From: Candidatus Peregrinibacteria bacterium
Lineage (GTDB): Bacteria > Patescibacteriota > Gracilibacteria > Peribacterales > Peribacteraceae
DNA: 57,874 nt
Assembly: GCA_043755535.1 (NCBI GenBank)
Contig: JAYUSS010000044.1
Location: 1-57,874 of the forward strand
Direction: 5' to 3'
Positions 44,728-53,071 of the stretch are shown in pieces (the first letter of the stretch is position 1; each line of letters opens with the position of its first letter). A program made the position numbers and the translations under genes. The notes under the pieces were generated by a model that saw only the letters and a program-made list of their open reading frames with translations, searched no databases and was not told where the DNA came from.

Positions 44728-46014
44728 ATGATCACCTCCCGCATCCTCACTATCGTCGCATTCCTCTTAAGTGCAACCCCCGCCTACGCCGCCACGAACG
44801 ATACGCTTACTTGTACGTTGGAAGCAAAACTTTGTCCTGACGGCGTCACGTATGTCATGCGCCTAAAACCTGATTGTGAGTTTTCAAAATGCCCGACTCA
44901 TGCGTGTATTCCGTACCAATGCAAAGACGGGACGCAGGTTTCCCGTTGTACGGCAGATGGTGTCACAATCAATTATTTTGCCGCCCCTTGTTTGACACAT
45001 GGAGGAGAGACTGATGCGGTTCCATTTTCGGACGTCTCTTTCGATCATCCCAATGCGGCTGCCATTGCCTATCTGAAAGATCAGGATCTTGTTTCGGGCT
45101 ACCCCGACGGGACATTCAAAGCGGACCAGCCGATTAACCGAGCGGAGTTCACAAAGATCATCATGAACGGATACAACGGATTGGATGTGGTGCCGAAGCA
45201 GTGTGGGAGCACAAACGGGATGTATCTTCCTTTCAGTGATGTGCATCAAGGTGACTGGTTCGCGTTCCGCGTTTGTCTGGCTGTGGAGGCATCCATCGTC
45301 CAAGGATATCCTGATGGGACGTTCCGTCCATCCGCGAATATCAATTTTGTGGAGGCGGCAAAAATCATAGCTCACTCTTTCAAGCTGCCGTTTGCCCACA
45401 CGGATATATGGTTTGAGGGCTCTGTCCGTGCACTGGCCGACAGCAATGCCATCCCCACTTCCATCGCCCGCTTCGACCAGCCCATTACCCGCGGGGAAAT
45501 GGCGGAGATGATCTATAGACTAAAGGCAGGCATGACGGACCTTCCTTCGAAGACGTATGAGCAGTTATCACAACCTCCCACGGTTTTTGATAACTTCAGC
45601 CAGTGGGGCAGTTGGTCGGAAAACGGATACTTTTTCCGGGTTCCCAAGAATTGGAATAATGCGCGCGACAATAAGGGTCGGACGATCTTTGTGGATGGGA
45701 GAGGTGTAGTCCGCGCCATGCTTACTTGTCCTATTCCACAGGCCGGATACGAAGCATGGGATTTTCAGGAGTCACATCGAATGTTCAGTGAGCACGGACA
45801 GCAATACGGCGCGACGTTGTGGTTAGGTCACCCGCGCGATCCCATAGATGGTCTGGAGGATTTCAATCTGGTATTCATGCACCGCAACACGTTTGATCAC
45901 TGGTATGACGAGGGTGATGAACAATATTCCTGCGAGTTGACCTCGGGTGCAGGTGAGCTGGACGATGATATCTGGATGGCTATCTATCGTTCAGTAGAGG
46001 TATTGTCCGAGTAA
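44728..46014 (+). CDS. SLH-domain surface protein 1 (Cys-rich N-domain, SLH repeats, C-terminal domain)
   Basis: Signal peptide ILTIVAFLLSATPAYA; SLH units FSDVSFDHPNAAAIAYLKDQDLVSGYPDGTFKADQPINRAEFTKII and FSDVHQGDWF...VQGYPDGTFRPSANINFVEAAKII. Confidence 0.85.
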   Translation: MITSRILTIVAFLLSATPAYAATNDTLTCTLEAKLCPDGVTYVMRLKPDCEFSKCPTHACIPYQCKDGTQVSRCTADGVTINYFAAPCLTHGGETDAVPFSDVSFDHPNAAAIAYLKDQDLVSGYPDGTFKADQPINRAEFTKIIMNGYNGLDVVPKQCGSTNGMYLPFSDVHQGDWFAFRVCLAVEASIVQGYPDGTFRPSANINFVEAAKIIAHSFKLPFAHTDIWFEGSVRALADSNAIPTSIARFDQPITRGEMAEMIYRLKAGMTDLPSKTYEQLSQPPTVFDNFSQWGSWSENGYFFRVPKNWNNARDNKGRTIFVDGRGVVRAMLTCPIPQAGYEAWDFQESHRMFSEHGQQYGATLWLGHPRDPIDGLEDFNLVFMHRNTFDHWYDEGDEQYSCELTSGAGELDDDIWMAIYRSVEVLSE

Positions 46015-46032
46015 TCATTTTCCTTTGCTATT

Positions 46033-46521
46033 ATGACCATTTCCAATTCCATTAGGCGCGTTATTCTATGTTTGCGCACGTATCAGATCGCTCTTCCACT
46101 TTCGCAGATTCCTCCTTTAGTATTTTTATTGGGGATTAGCCAAGCATATGCAGGATCGATAATGCCCATATTATACAGAATGTGGGGATCACTCCTTTAT
46201 GTTTTTCTGCTTTTGTTGATTGGGATTTTTTTAATTCAACTCATAATTTATGGCTTCAAAAAAGATAGGAAATGGGCTTGGGGTGCAGCACTAATTTATT
46301 TTATGTATTCGATCAGTTCTGGAATTCACGCACTCTATACAATAGAAGATGAATTTTTAATCATTGATTCTTTTGGGTTCCTCATTCCGATAGCTGTGAT
46401 CTCAATTATTATTGGGATCATCGGAATATACATATTGATTCAAAAGGACGTACGTACTGAATTTGCCATAGATACCGCACTTGCAGAATTTGTCCAAAAG
46501 AGTCGCGGGAGCAGAAAATAA
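46033..46521 (+). CDS. small integral membrane protein (4 TM), AT-rich
   Basis: Hydrophobic helices throughout; no recognised family. Confidence 0.55.
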   Translation: MTISNSIRRVILCLRTYQIALPLSQIPPLVFLLGISQAYAGSIMPILYRMWGSLLYVFLLLLIGIFLIQLIIYGFKKDRKWAWGAALIYFMYSISSGIHALYTIEDEFLIIDSFGFLIPIAVISIIIGIIGIYILIQKDVRTEFAIDTALAEFVQKSRGSRK

Positions 46522-46580
46522 TGTACTTCAGTGACCATACTTCCTATACCGGTTTCAGGAGAGACGACTATTAGGGGGTG

Positions 46581-46666
46581 TATACTCTCTCCCCATGCTC
46601 CCCTCCGCCATCCTCGGCCACAAGAAACAGCTGCTTCGCCGACGCCAGTAAGCTATTCTTCACACT
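46581..46666 (+). repeat. holB 5'-module decoy, copy B
   Basis: TATACT-N8-ATG CTC CCC TCC GCC ATC CTC GGC CAC AAG AAA CAG CTG CTT...TAA (MLPSAILGHKKQLLRRRQ). Confidence 0.85.
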
Positions 46667-47749
46667 ATGATCACCCCCCGCATCCTCGCAATCGCCGCAT
46701 TCCTCCTGATCGCAACCCCCGCCCACGCCGCCTTCAGCGATGTCCCATCCAACCATCCTAATGCCGAAGCCATCGCTTATGTGCAGGCGAAAGGAATAGT
46801 CTCCGGGTATGGAGACGGAAGTTTCAGACCAGATCAAAAGATTAACCGTGCAGAATTTACGAAGATCATTGTGGCAAGTTATGTCTCAGACGAGGAAATA
46901 TACGACTGTCCGTTACATGGAGATACGGCCAGTCTATTCTCCGATTTAGAGGAGAGGGCATGGTACTTGGCTCCACTTTGTGTCGCGCATTTAAAGGGCG
47001 TGATTGCAGGCTATCCTGACGGCACATTCCGTCCTTCTGCAAATATCAATTTTGTGGAGGCAGCAAAAATCATCGTTCACTCTTTCGATATCGCAACCGA
47101 TGCGGGGCATACTGCCCCCTCCGATATTTGGTTTGTGCCCTATGTGATCGATTTGAATGTATATAATGCAATCCCCACATCTATTACCCGCTTCGACCAA
47201 TCCATCACCCGCGGCGAAATGGCGGAGATGATTTGGCGGTTGAAGGCAGGCATCACGAATAAGCCGACTCAGACGTATGAATCACTAGCAGGGGAAAAAA
47301 GTGACGGTTGGAAAGCATTCAATTCGCAGTATTTTACCTTGTCATTTAATGTCCCCGCCGGGTTCGAGGTTACCGACAATCCGGATGCTATCGCGGTTTC
47401 AAAAGGTCCTCTGCAATCGTATGACATCGGTGGCGGCAGTGCCTTTATGACAATTGTACGATTCGATGAACGCAACACCCGGGATAATGCGATCGCCCTT
47501 ACTCGGAAGCTTTTGAAAAATCAAAAAGAATCCACGATCACTGTCGACGGTTCTTCATTCTTTATGATCGAAGGCGATGATTATGGCAGATACGAAGGCG
47601 ATAGCGCCGGAAGAATCATGAAAATTTTCTTCCCGAAGTCCGTTCTCGAAGTTCAGGAGCGACCAGGAAATCAAACGCAAAGCTTTGATGTGATGGTGAC
47701 GGCGAAGAATATCATTGCAACGATGAAGTTTGCTTCTACGACAAAATAA
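46667..47749 (+). CDS. SLH-domain surface protein 2
   Basis: Signal peptide ILAIAAFLLIATPAHA; FSDVPSNHPNAEAIAYVQAKGIVSGYGDGSFRPDQKINRAEFTKII plus two more SLH units. Confidence 0.85.
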   Translation: MITPRILAIAAFLLIATPAHAAFSDVPSNHPNAEAIAYVQAKGIVSGYGDGSFRPDQKINRAEFTKIIVASYVSDEEIYDCPLHGDTASLFSDLEERAWYLAPLCVAHLKGVIAGYPDGTFRPSANINFVEAAKIIVHSFDIATDAGHTAPSDIWFVPYVIDLNVYNAIPTSITRFDQSITRGEMAEMIWRLKAGITNKPTQTYESLAGEKSDGWKAFNSQYFTLSFNVPAGFEVTDNPDAIAVSKGPLQSYDIGGGSAFMTIVRFDERNTRDNAIALTRKLLKNQKESTITVDGSSFFMIEGDDYGRYEGDSAGRIMKIFFPKSVLEVQERPGNQTQSFDVMVTAKNIIATMKFASTTK

Positions 47750-47775
47750 TAAATCATTTCTTTCTCTCTTCAATC

Positions 47776-48834
47776 ATGCGCCTCCATCTCCCCCTCACTA
47801 TCGCCGCATTCCTTCTAACCGCAACACCCGCTTACGCCTCATTCAGTGATGTTTCAGCAACGCATCCAAACTACGACGCCATCATTCACATGCAGAAACA
47901 GGGCATCGTGTCCGGTTATCCAGATGAAACATATCGACCGAATACGATAATAAATCGGGCGGAGTTCACAAAAATCATCATCGGATCAAGTTTTAACGCA
48001 AGCGATTTGGATAGGTGTAGTTTGGGGAATATCTATAGTTTTGTGGATATAGATTTCACGGCTTGGTATGCGCGTTATCTTTGCGTAGCTGTGCATCATA
48101 GAATGGTATCTGGATATCTTGACCATACATTTCAACCAAATGCCCCTATTAATTTTGCAGAAGCGGCGAAGATCATTGCTGTAGATGGCTACGTTGTGGG
48201 TGATGTCGCGGTTCCCAACGATCAAGGTGGGCCGTGGTATGAACCATATGTGCGCTATTTGGAATTAAACAATGCTATTCCCCTTTCCATCACCCGCTTC
48301 GACCAACTCATCACCCGCGGCGAAATGGCGGAGATGATTTATAGACTCTATAATAAAATGAATGATCTGCCGTCACAGACATATGAGGGGCTGCAGACAT
48401 CTGGAGAGACACTGTCCGTTACACTCTATTTCGGTGACAGAGAAGTCATAGAGGAAAGTGATTGTGGAGCGACGAAGCCAGTAAAGCGCACGATTGCGAA
48501 GACGCCTTCAGTGGCTGATGCAACTCTGCGTCTTCTTTTCCAGGGCGCTACCCCGCAGGAGAGGGCACAAGGATACAGCTCGGATTTTGATTGGGACTCG
48601 GACGGTATGGGCGACCCGCTTGAACCACTGCTTTCCTATTACAGAGGAGTAACGGTCGTGAACGGCATAGCCACGGTGAAATTCACCGGCGGTGCCATGG
48701 CGTATTTGAATAATACTTCTTGCATGCAGGAAGCGGTTAAAACGCCCATCTTCGATACACTGATGCAATTTCCGTCCATCAAAAGCATCCAGTTTTCGGT
48801 AGATGGGGAAATCATCACCGAATGGGACGCGTGA
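47776..48834 (+). CDS. SLH-domain surface protein 3 with C-terminal GerMN-like domain
   Basis: FSDVSATHPNYDAIIHMQKQGIVSGYPDETYRPNTIINRAEFTKII; C-terminus VVNGIATVKFTGG...TLMQFPSIKSIQFSVDGEI. Confidence 0.85.
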   Translation: MRLHLPLTIAAFLLTATPAYASFSDVSATHPNYDAIIHMQKQGIVSGYPDETYRPNTIINRAEFTKIIIGSSFNASDLDRCSLGNIYSFVDIDFTAWYARYLCVAVHHRMVSGYLDHTFQPNAPINFAEAAKIIAVDGYVVGDVAVPNDQGGPWYEPYVRYLELNNAIPLSITRFDQLITRGEMAEMIYRLYNKMNDLPSQTYEGLQTSGETLSVTLYFGDREVIEESDCGATKPVKRTIAKTPSVADATLRLLFQGATPQERAQGYSSDFDWDSDGMGDPLEPLLSYYRGVTVVNGIATVKFTGGAMAYLNNTSCMQEAVKTPIFDTLMQFPSIKSIQFSVDGEIITEWDA

Positions 48835-48838
48835 GGGG

Positions 48839-48915
48839 TATACTGTCTCTCCATGCCCCCCATCCTCGGTCACGAAAAGCAGCCCCAGCACTGAGATTTG
48901 CAGCAGATCGTACAG
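48839..48915 (+). repeat. holB 5'-module decoy, copy C
   Basis: TATACT-N8-ATG CCC CCC ATC CTC GGT CAC GAA AAG CAG...TGA (MPPILGHEKQPQH), followed by GAGATTTGCAGCAGATCGTACAG, which is shared with copy D. Confidence 0.8.
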
Positions 48916-48955
48916 TACGTTATACTTACTTTCGTACTTTCTTATTTTTATACAT

Positions 48956-49207
48956 ATGACACGCAAGATCGCCAAAAGCACCGAGCGGGGTCAAATTACG
49001 CTGCCGAAGGAGTGGAGAGACAATTTCCCTACCAACACGTTTATCGTGGAGATGCGCGATGACAGGCTGATTGTTCTTCCATTGAATGTCGACAAAGCGG
49101 ATGACGAAGAAATTCTGTTCGATGCCGATCGGGATAATAATGGAAAAGGTGTCAGTGCAGAGGACATGATCGCCATGATTCGCAAAATCAACAATGAACA
49201 AGGTTGA
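48956..49207 (+). CDS. AbrB/MazE/SpoVT-family antitoxin
   Basis: KIAKSTERGQITLPKEWRDNFPTNTFIVEMRDDRLIVLP swapped-hairpin motif; overlaps the toxin gene by 14 nt. Confidence 0.8.
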   Translation: MTRKIAKSTERGQITLPKEWRDNFPTNTFIVEMRDDRLIVLPLNVDKADDEEILFDADRDNNGKGVSAEDMIAMIRKINNEQG

Positions 49208-49445
49208 AAAATTTCTCAGGTCCATTTCCAGAAAAGATAGAGATGCAATTCTATTGCTGATTGATCTGCTGGAACGGGATCCCGCCAGTGTGCCGGGCAT
49301 CGTGGCACTCACTGGCATGCAAGGGTTCTATCGCGTGCGTCTGGGGTTATACAGGATTATCTTTTTCAGGGATCCGAAGACAAAGAAAGTCGAAACGAAG
49401 CGCATCGGCCGCAGAAGCGAAAAGACCTATAAAGGTCTTCGATAA
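49194..49445 (+). CDS. RelE/ParE-family toxin
   Basis: LTGMQGFYRVRLGLYRIIFFRDPKTKKVETKRIGRRSEKTY is typical of RelE/ParE. Confidence 0.8.
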   Translation: MNKVEKFLRSISRKDRDAILLLIDLLERDPASVPGIVALTGMQGFYRVRLGLYRIIFFRDPKTKKVETKRIGRRSEKTYKGLR

Positions 49446-49460
49446 GGGATCGAGGAAGAT

Positions 49461-49545
49461 CTGTACTTCCCCTCCGTGGCCCCCGCCCCCGCCATCCTCG
49501 GCCATAAGAAACAGCTATGCCATAGAGATTGTGTCAGATCGTAGA
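49461..49545 (+). repeat. holB 5'-module decoy, copy D
   Basis: TGTACT-N8-GTG GCC CCC GCC CCC GCC ATC CTC GGC CAT AAG AAA CAG CTA... (VAPAPAILGHKKQLCHRDCVRS). Confidence 0.8.
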
Positions 49546-49557
49546 GAGCGTTGTACT

Positions 49558-49644
49558 ATGACACGCAGGATCGCCAAAAGCACCGAGCGGGGGCAAATTT
49601 CACTGCCAAAGAAGTGGCGGGATCACTTCCCGTGCACAGCCTAA
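49558..49644 (+). pseudogene. truncated duplicate of the AbrB-type antitoxin gene (28 codons)
   Basis: MTRRIAKSTERGQISLPKKWRDHFPCTA-stop; close DNA match to 48956-49035. Confidence 0.7.
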
Positions 49645-49744
49645 AATGAGTATTTCTTATGCATTTCAGATTTGAATTTGCGGTTCTAAAATTGTTCTAA
49701 AATAGAATAAAATGGTATAATAATACCGATTCTTTTCCCAACCT

Positions 49745-51655
49745 ATGCCAGAGCCACTTAACCGAGAAGCAGCAGCCGAAGTTGCAGAGCATGCAGAACA
49801 AAAACTTGCAGGCGGACAGCATAAGGTTACTGCTGAAGCCCGTTTTGCTGTCAGTACTCAATTAAGTGCAGAAAGAAATCCGGAACGAAGAAACATTCTC
49901 CTTGCTACACTTTCAGCTTCAGGACAAAAGCTGAATACTCTTGCGGCAGGACTGACGCCCGACGAAATGGAAGAGCTGAAAGAGTTAACAAGACAGGAAT
50001 ATCTCGCAATGGAATCTGCGGTGAGCACACTTACCCGGCTCGATGCGGCGTTGATGAAACACTTTGACTCAAAGGATGCTAAAGAACTCCAGGATCTTGC
50101 GCGGCACACAATGGGTCTCTATCTCAATACGCATCAATACCACAACGCCGTCCATGCACTCAGCATGACACGCGAAGCCCTGCACTTGGCCGAAATTGCC
50201 GGCATTCATGATGAACAGAGTTTGAAAACACTCGTGATCCAAGGCCTCTACCATGACGCGGGAAACGGGGAACAACCGACTAAGCCGACAACAAAAGATG
50301 CGGATGAAACGCAGGCAGTCGCTGTCTTCGTGAAAGATCTGAAGGAAGTTGAACGGCGCATACGAGCAGAAGAAGACTTGGGAGAACTGTCCGTTCTTGC
50401 AAAACTGACAAGCGTGAACATCCATGGGAAGGATTTCGATCAAAAAACGGTCATAGCAGCATGTATCGCGGCGACCGTATTCCGCGATCGTTTCGCACCC
50501 ACCGAAACCCTTGCACTGCAACAGTATGTCGGCGGCATTCTCGAACATGTGCATAGTGCCCCAAATTACACATTCTTACAGATTCGCCACTTGGAAGAGA
50601 TGACGGAATTGATGGGCAGCGGCCTGGCGTGGATTGCACGCGGCGCCGACGTTGTCGGATCGACCTTCGATATGTCCGTATTGCAAAATAACATCCTGAA
50701 CCGTGTGGAAGATGTAAGACGCGGAGTTGGTGATGAAGTGGGTCCTGCTGGGTACCATGCAGGATTCATCGGATTCGTTGGCGCAAAATTTTTCGCAGGC
50801 CCGGCCAATCCGGCTGTAGCAGCAGCAAGAGGCGGGTCTGTACTCTTCCTGCCTGAAGGGGAAGGCGACGCCGCTTCAGTGATCGCCTATGGCAAGGTTC
50901 AGATGGATGAAGAAACTCAAAGATATGAGACGCTTATGAAAGAGCACGGCTCGTTGCTGACGGGTCTCTACGTCTTAATCGGCGAAGCACATGCAAGGGG
51001 AGAAAATTTTCTCACGCTTCCGGTTGCGGAAATCTATGCACGTATTCAAGAGCTTGCAGCAAGTCCTGATCGTGTAAAACGTGCCGGGTTGATTTTGAAA
51101 AAAGAAAAAATCGACTCGCTCGACATCAATCTTGAAAACTACCCACTCCTCCAAGAGTCTCGCAATGCGCATTGTACCATTTCTGCGATGACACCTGGAT
51201 TGGTGAACCGCCTCTTCGCACCAAACGCGGCGCAAACGGCAGAACAGGCTTGGATGTACGACCGTCTTGCGAAAATCGAACAGTGTACAAATGGCCGTGA
51301 GCAACCGATTTTGGTGAGCATGCTGGAATTGGCTAACCTTCATGCCGGCACACTGAAACACGAATCGTTCAAAAACGGGGAGAGCATTATCGCAAAAGAC
51401 AGCCAGTCGGGGCGTGTACTCGTGATACTGGAAGGCACCGTCACTATCAACACAGGCGATCACACATTCGCGCGGGGACCGGGGGCAGTGATCGGTGAGA
51501 TATCGGCACTGACCAATAAACCGGCAAACGCAGATGTCATTGCAGAATCGGATGTGGTAGCCGCTTCTCTGCCGGCTGAACTGCTGTGTGGCGAGTATAA
51601 TACGGAAGACCTGCGAAGGCATATATTGGAACTGATTAAAACTAGGAAGGGATAA
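49745..51655 (+). CDS. HD-superfamily phosphohydrolase-like protein fused to a C-terminal cyclic-nucleotide-binding domain
   Basis: YHNAVHALSM...GLYHDAGN (H...HD). C-terminus FKNGESIIAKDSQSGRVLVILEGTV...GPGAVIGEISALTNKPANADVIAES is a cNMP-binding beta-roll. TGGTATAAT promoter at 49709. Confidence 0.72.
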   Translation: MPEPLNREAAAEVAEHAEQKLAGGQHKVTAEARFAVSTQLSAERNPERRNILLATLSASGQKLNTLAAGLTPDEMEELKELTRQEYLAMESAVSTLTRLDAALMKHFDSKDAKELQDLARHTMGLYLNTHQYHNAVHALSMTREALHLAEIAGIHDEQSLKTLVIQGLYHDAGNGEQPTKPTTKDADETQAVAVFVKDLKEVERRIRAEEDLGELSVLAKLTSVNIHGKDFDQKTVIAACIAATVFRDRFAPTETLALQQYVGGILEHVHSAPNYTFLQIRHLEEMTELMGSGLAWIARGADVVGSTFDMSVLQNNILNRVEDVRRGVGDEVGPAGYHAGFIGFVGAKFFAGPANPAVAAARGGSVLFLPEGEGDAASVIAYGKVQMDEETQRYETLMKEHGSLLTGLYVLIGEAHARGENFLTLPVAEIYARIQELAASPDRVKRAGLILKKEKIDSLDINLENYPLLQESRNAHCTISAMTPGLVNRLFAPNAAQTAEQAWMYDRLAKIEQCTNGREQPILVSMLELANLHAGTLKHESFKNGESIIAKDSQSGRVLVILEGTVTINTGDHTFARGPGAVIGEISALTNKPANADVIAESDVVAASLPAELLCGEYNTEDLRRHILELIKTRKG

Positions 51656-52046
51656 GGTGCGTACTGCCCGCTTTAAAAGGAGCCGCCTTTGATATACCTC
51701 ATCTTTAACTCTCAAACCCGCATCACAAAAGAGGGCGGTGTTCACACCAGTGGTAAAGTGCAGATCGTCGAATCGAAGAATGGAAAGGCTCAGCAGCTTG
51801 CGACGACGCAAGTTGATGAATCCCAAGGCAAACCGGGTCTACTTCTGCAACAGGCAGCTCGATCAAAACGAGCAGCCCGGGAACAATTCGAAGATCCGCA
51901 GTCTCACGATCGAGTCTGCCAAAATTCACGGGTGATCGTTCTGAAGAAGTAACTCCATGGATAGGTGAAATACGTGATGTCTCTCGTCGGGCCAGCAGTA
52001 CTCCTGCTAGCCCGATTTTTTGTGGTATGCGCTATACTCCCCCTCC

Positions 52047-53009
52047 ATGGCGAGCGCCCCCCAAATCATCGGCCACAAAAAGCAGCTGCTCCAATTGGCG
52101 CAGGATTTAGAGAGCGGCAATCTGTCGCATGCGTACTTGTTCACCGGGCCTGCACATATCGGTAAAACTGCCGTTGCACGCTGGTTCGCTAGGCAAATTC
52201 TGTGTGGTGATGCCCCCATCGAAACGGCAGACCTCACCGCGACGCAAATCGACCGGCTCATTCACCCGGATTTCTTGATGCTCGATCAACTCTGGATGGA
52301 AGAAAAAATGGAAGACTGGGACATCATCGCAAAATCGTCAAATATTCCGCAGCAGCACCGCAGCAAGAAGCCCGCGATGAAAACGGATACCATCGCCATC
52401 GATGACGTCCGGGAAATTCAACAGAGGCTCTACGAGACGGGCGATCTTGCCCACCGCGTCTGTCTCATTCGTGGCATCGAACGCATGCAGGATGCGGCAG
52501 CAAATGCGTTCTTAAAGATTTTAGAAGAGCCGCCACCCGGGCGCATCTTCGTACTCACTGCCGATAATCCTTCCACAGTTCTTTCGACCATCTTATCGCG
52601 CTCCAGAGTACTTCGGTTCGAGCGGACCGGTGACCGCGATATATTGCAGATGCTTTCTGATATGGACAGCCACGACGCATCATTTATTGCACACGTTGCA
52701 GAAGGCGCCCCGGGGTTTGCCAAGCGCCTGCAGGTTGACCCGGATATGCTGCGTGCTGAACGCCTCATGCACACACAAGCGATCGCATTCTGGGAAGCGA
52801 AGGTGCTTCATGAAAAACTCTCGTATCTTAAGCCGCTTGGGGAACGTGGTGGGGAATCCGACAGGTTTTTGTACCACTTGGCACTTGCCCTACGTGCAAA
52901 ACCGAATGCTGTGCACGGCCAGGAGAGGGCACTACAAAAACTTGTTTCATCCCTCGATACCAATGCCCAAAGAGGGTTGCAGGTGCAGGATTTTGCGATG
53001 ACCATATAA
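52047..53009 (+). CDS. holB: DNA polymerase III delta' subunit
   Basis: HAYLFTGPAHIGKTAVARWFARQILC, AANAFLKILEEPP, TILSRSRVLRF. Start ATG 52047 lies 8 nt after TATACT (leaderless). Confidence 0.88.
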   Translation: MASAPQIIGHKKQLLQLAQDLESGNLSHAYLFTGPAHIGKTAVARWFARQILCGDAPIETADLTATQIDRLIHPDFLMLDQLWMEEKMEDWDIIAKSSNIPQQHRSKKPAMKTDTIAIDDVREIQQRLYETGDLAHRVCLIRGIERMQDAAANAFLKILEEPPPGRIFVLTADNPSTVLSTILSRSRVLRFERTGDRDILQMLSDMDSHDASFIAHVAEGAPGFAKRLQVDPDMLRAERLMHTQAIAFWEAKVLHEKLSYLKPLGERGGESDRFLYHLALALRAKPNAVHGQERALQKLVSSLDTNAQRGLQVQDFAMTI

Positions 53010-53071
53010 AGATCCAAGGTCCAAATTTCAAGATCCAAACGTTTGGACACTTGGAATTTGGATCTTGGAAT
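53010..53071. repeat. word-repeat hairpin (GATCCAAG words) between convergent holB and murA
   Basis: AAGATCCAAGGTCCAAATTTCAAGATCCAAAC/GTTTGGACACTTGGAATTTGGATCTTGGAATT. Confidence 0.8.

Noticed and set aside
50975-51826. 283-aa minus-strand ORF.
   Set aside because: It runs antisense through the well-supported HD/cNMP-binding gene and has no motif. It is likely a shadow ORF.
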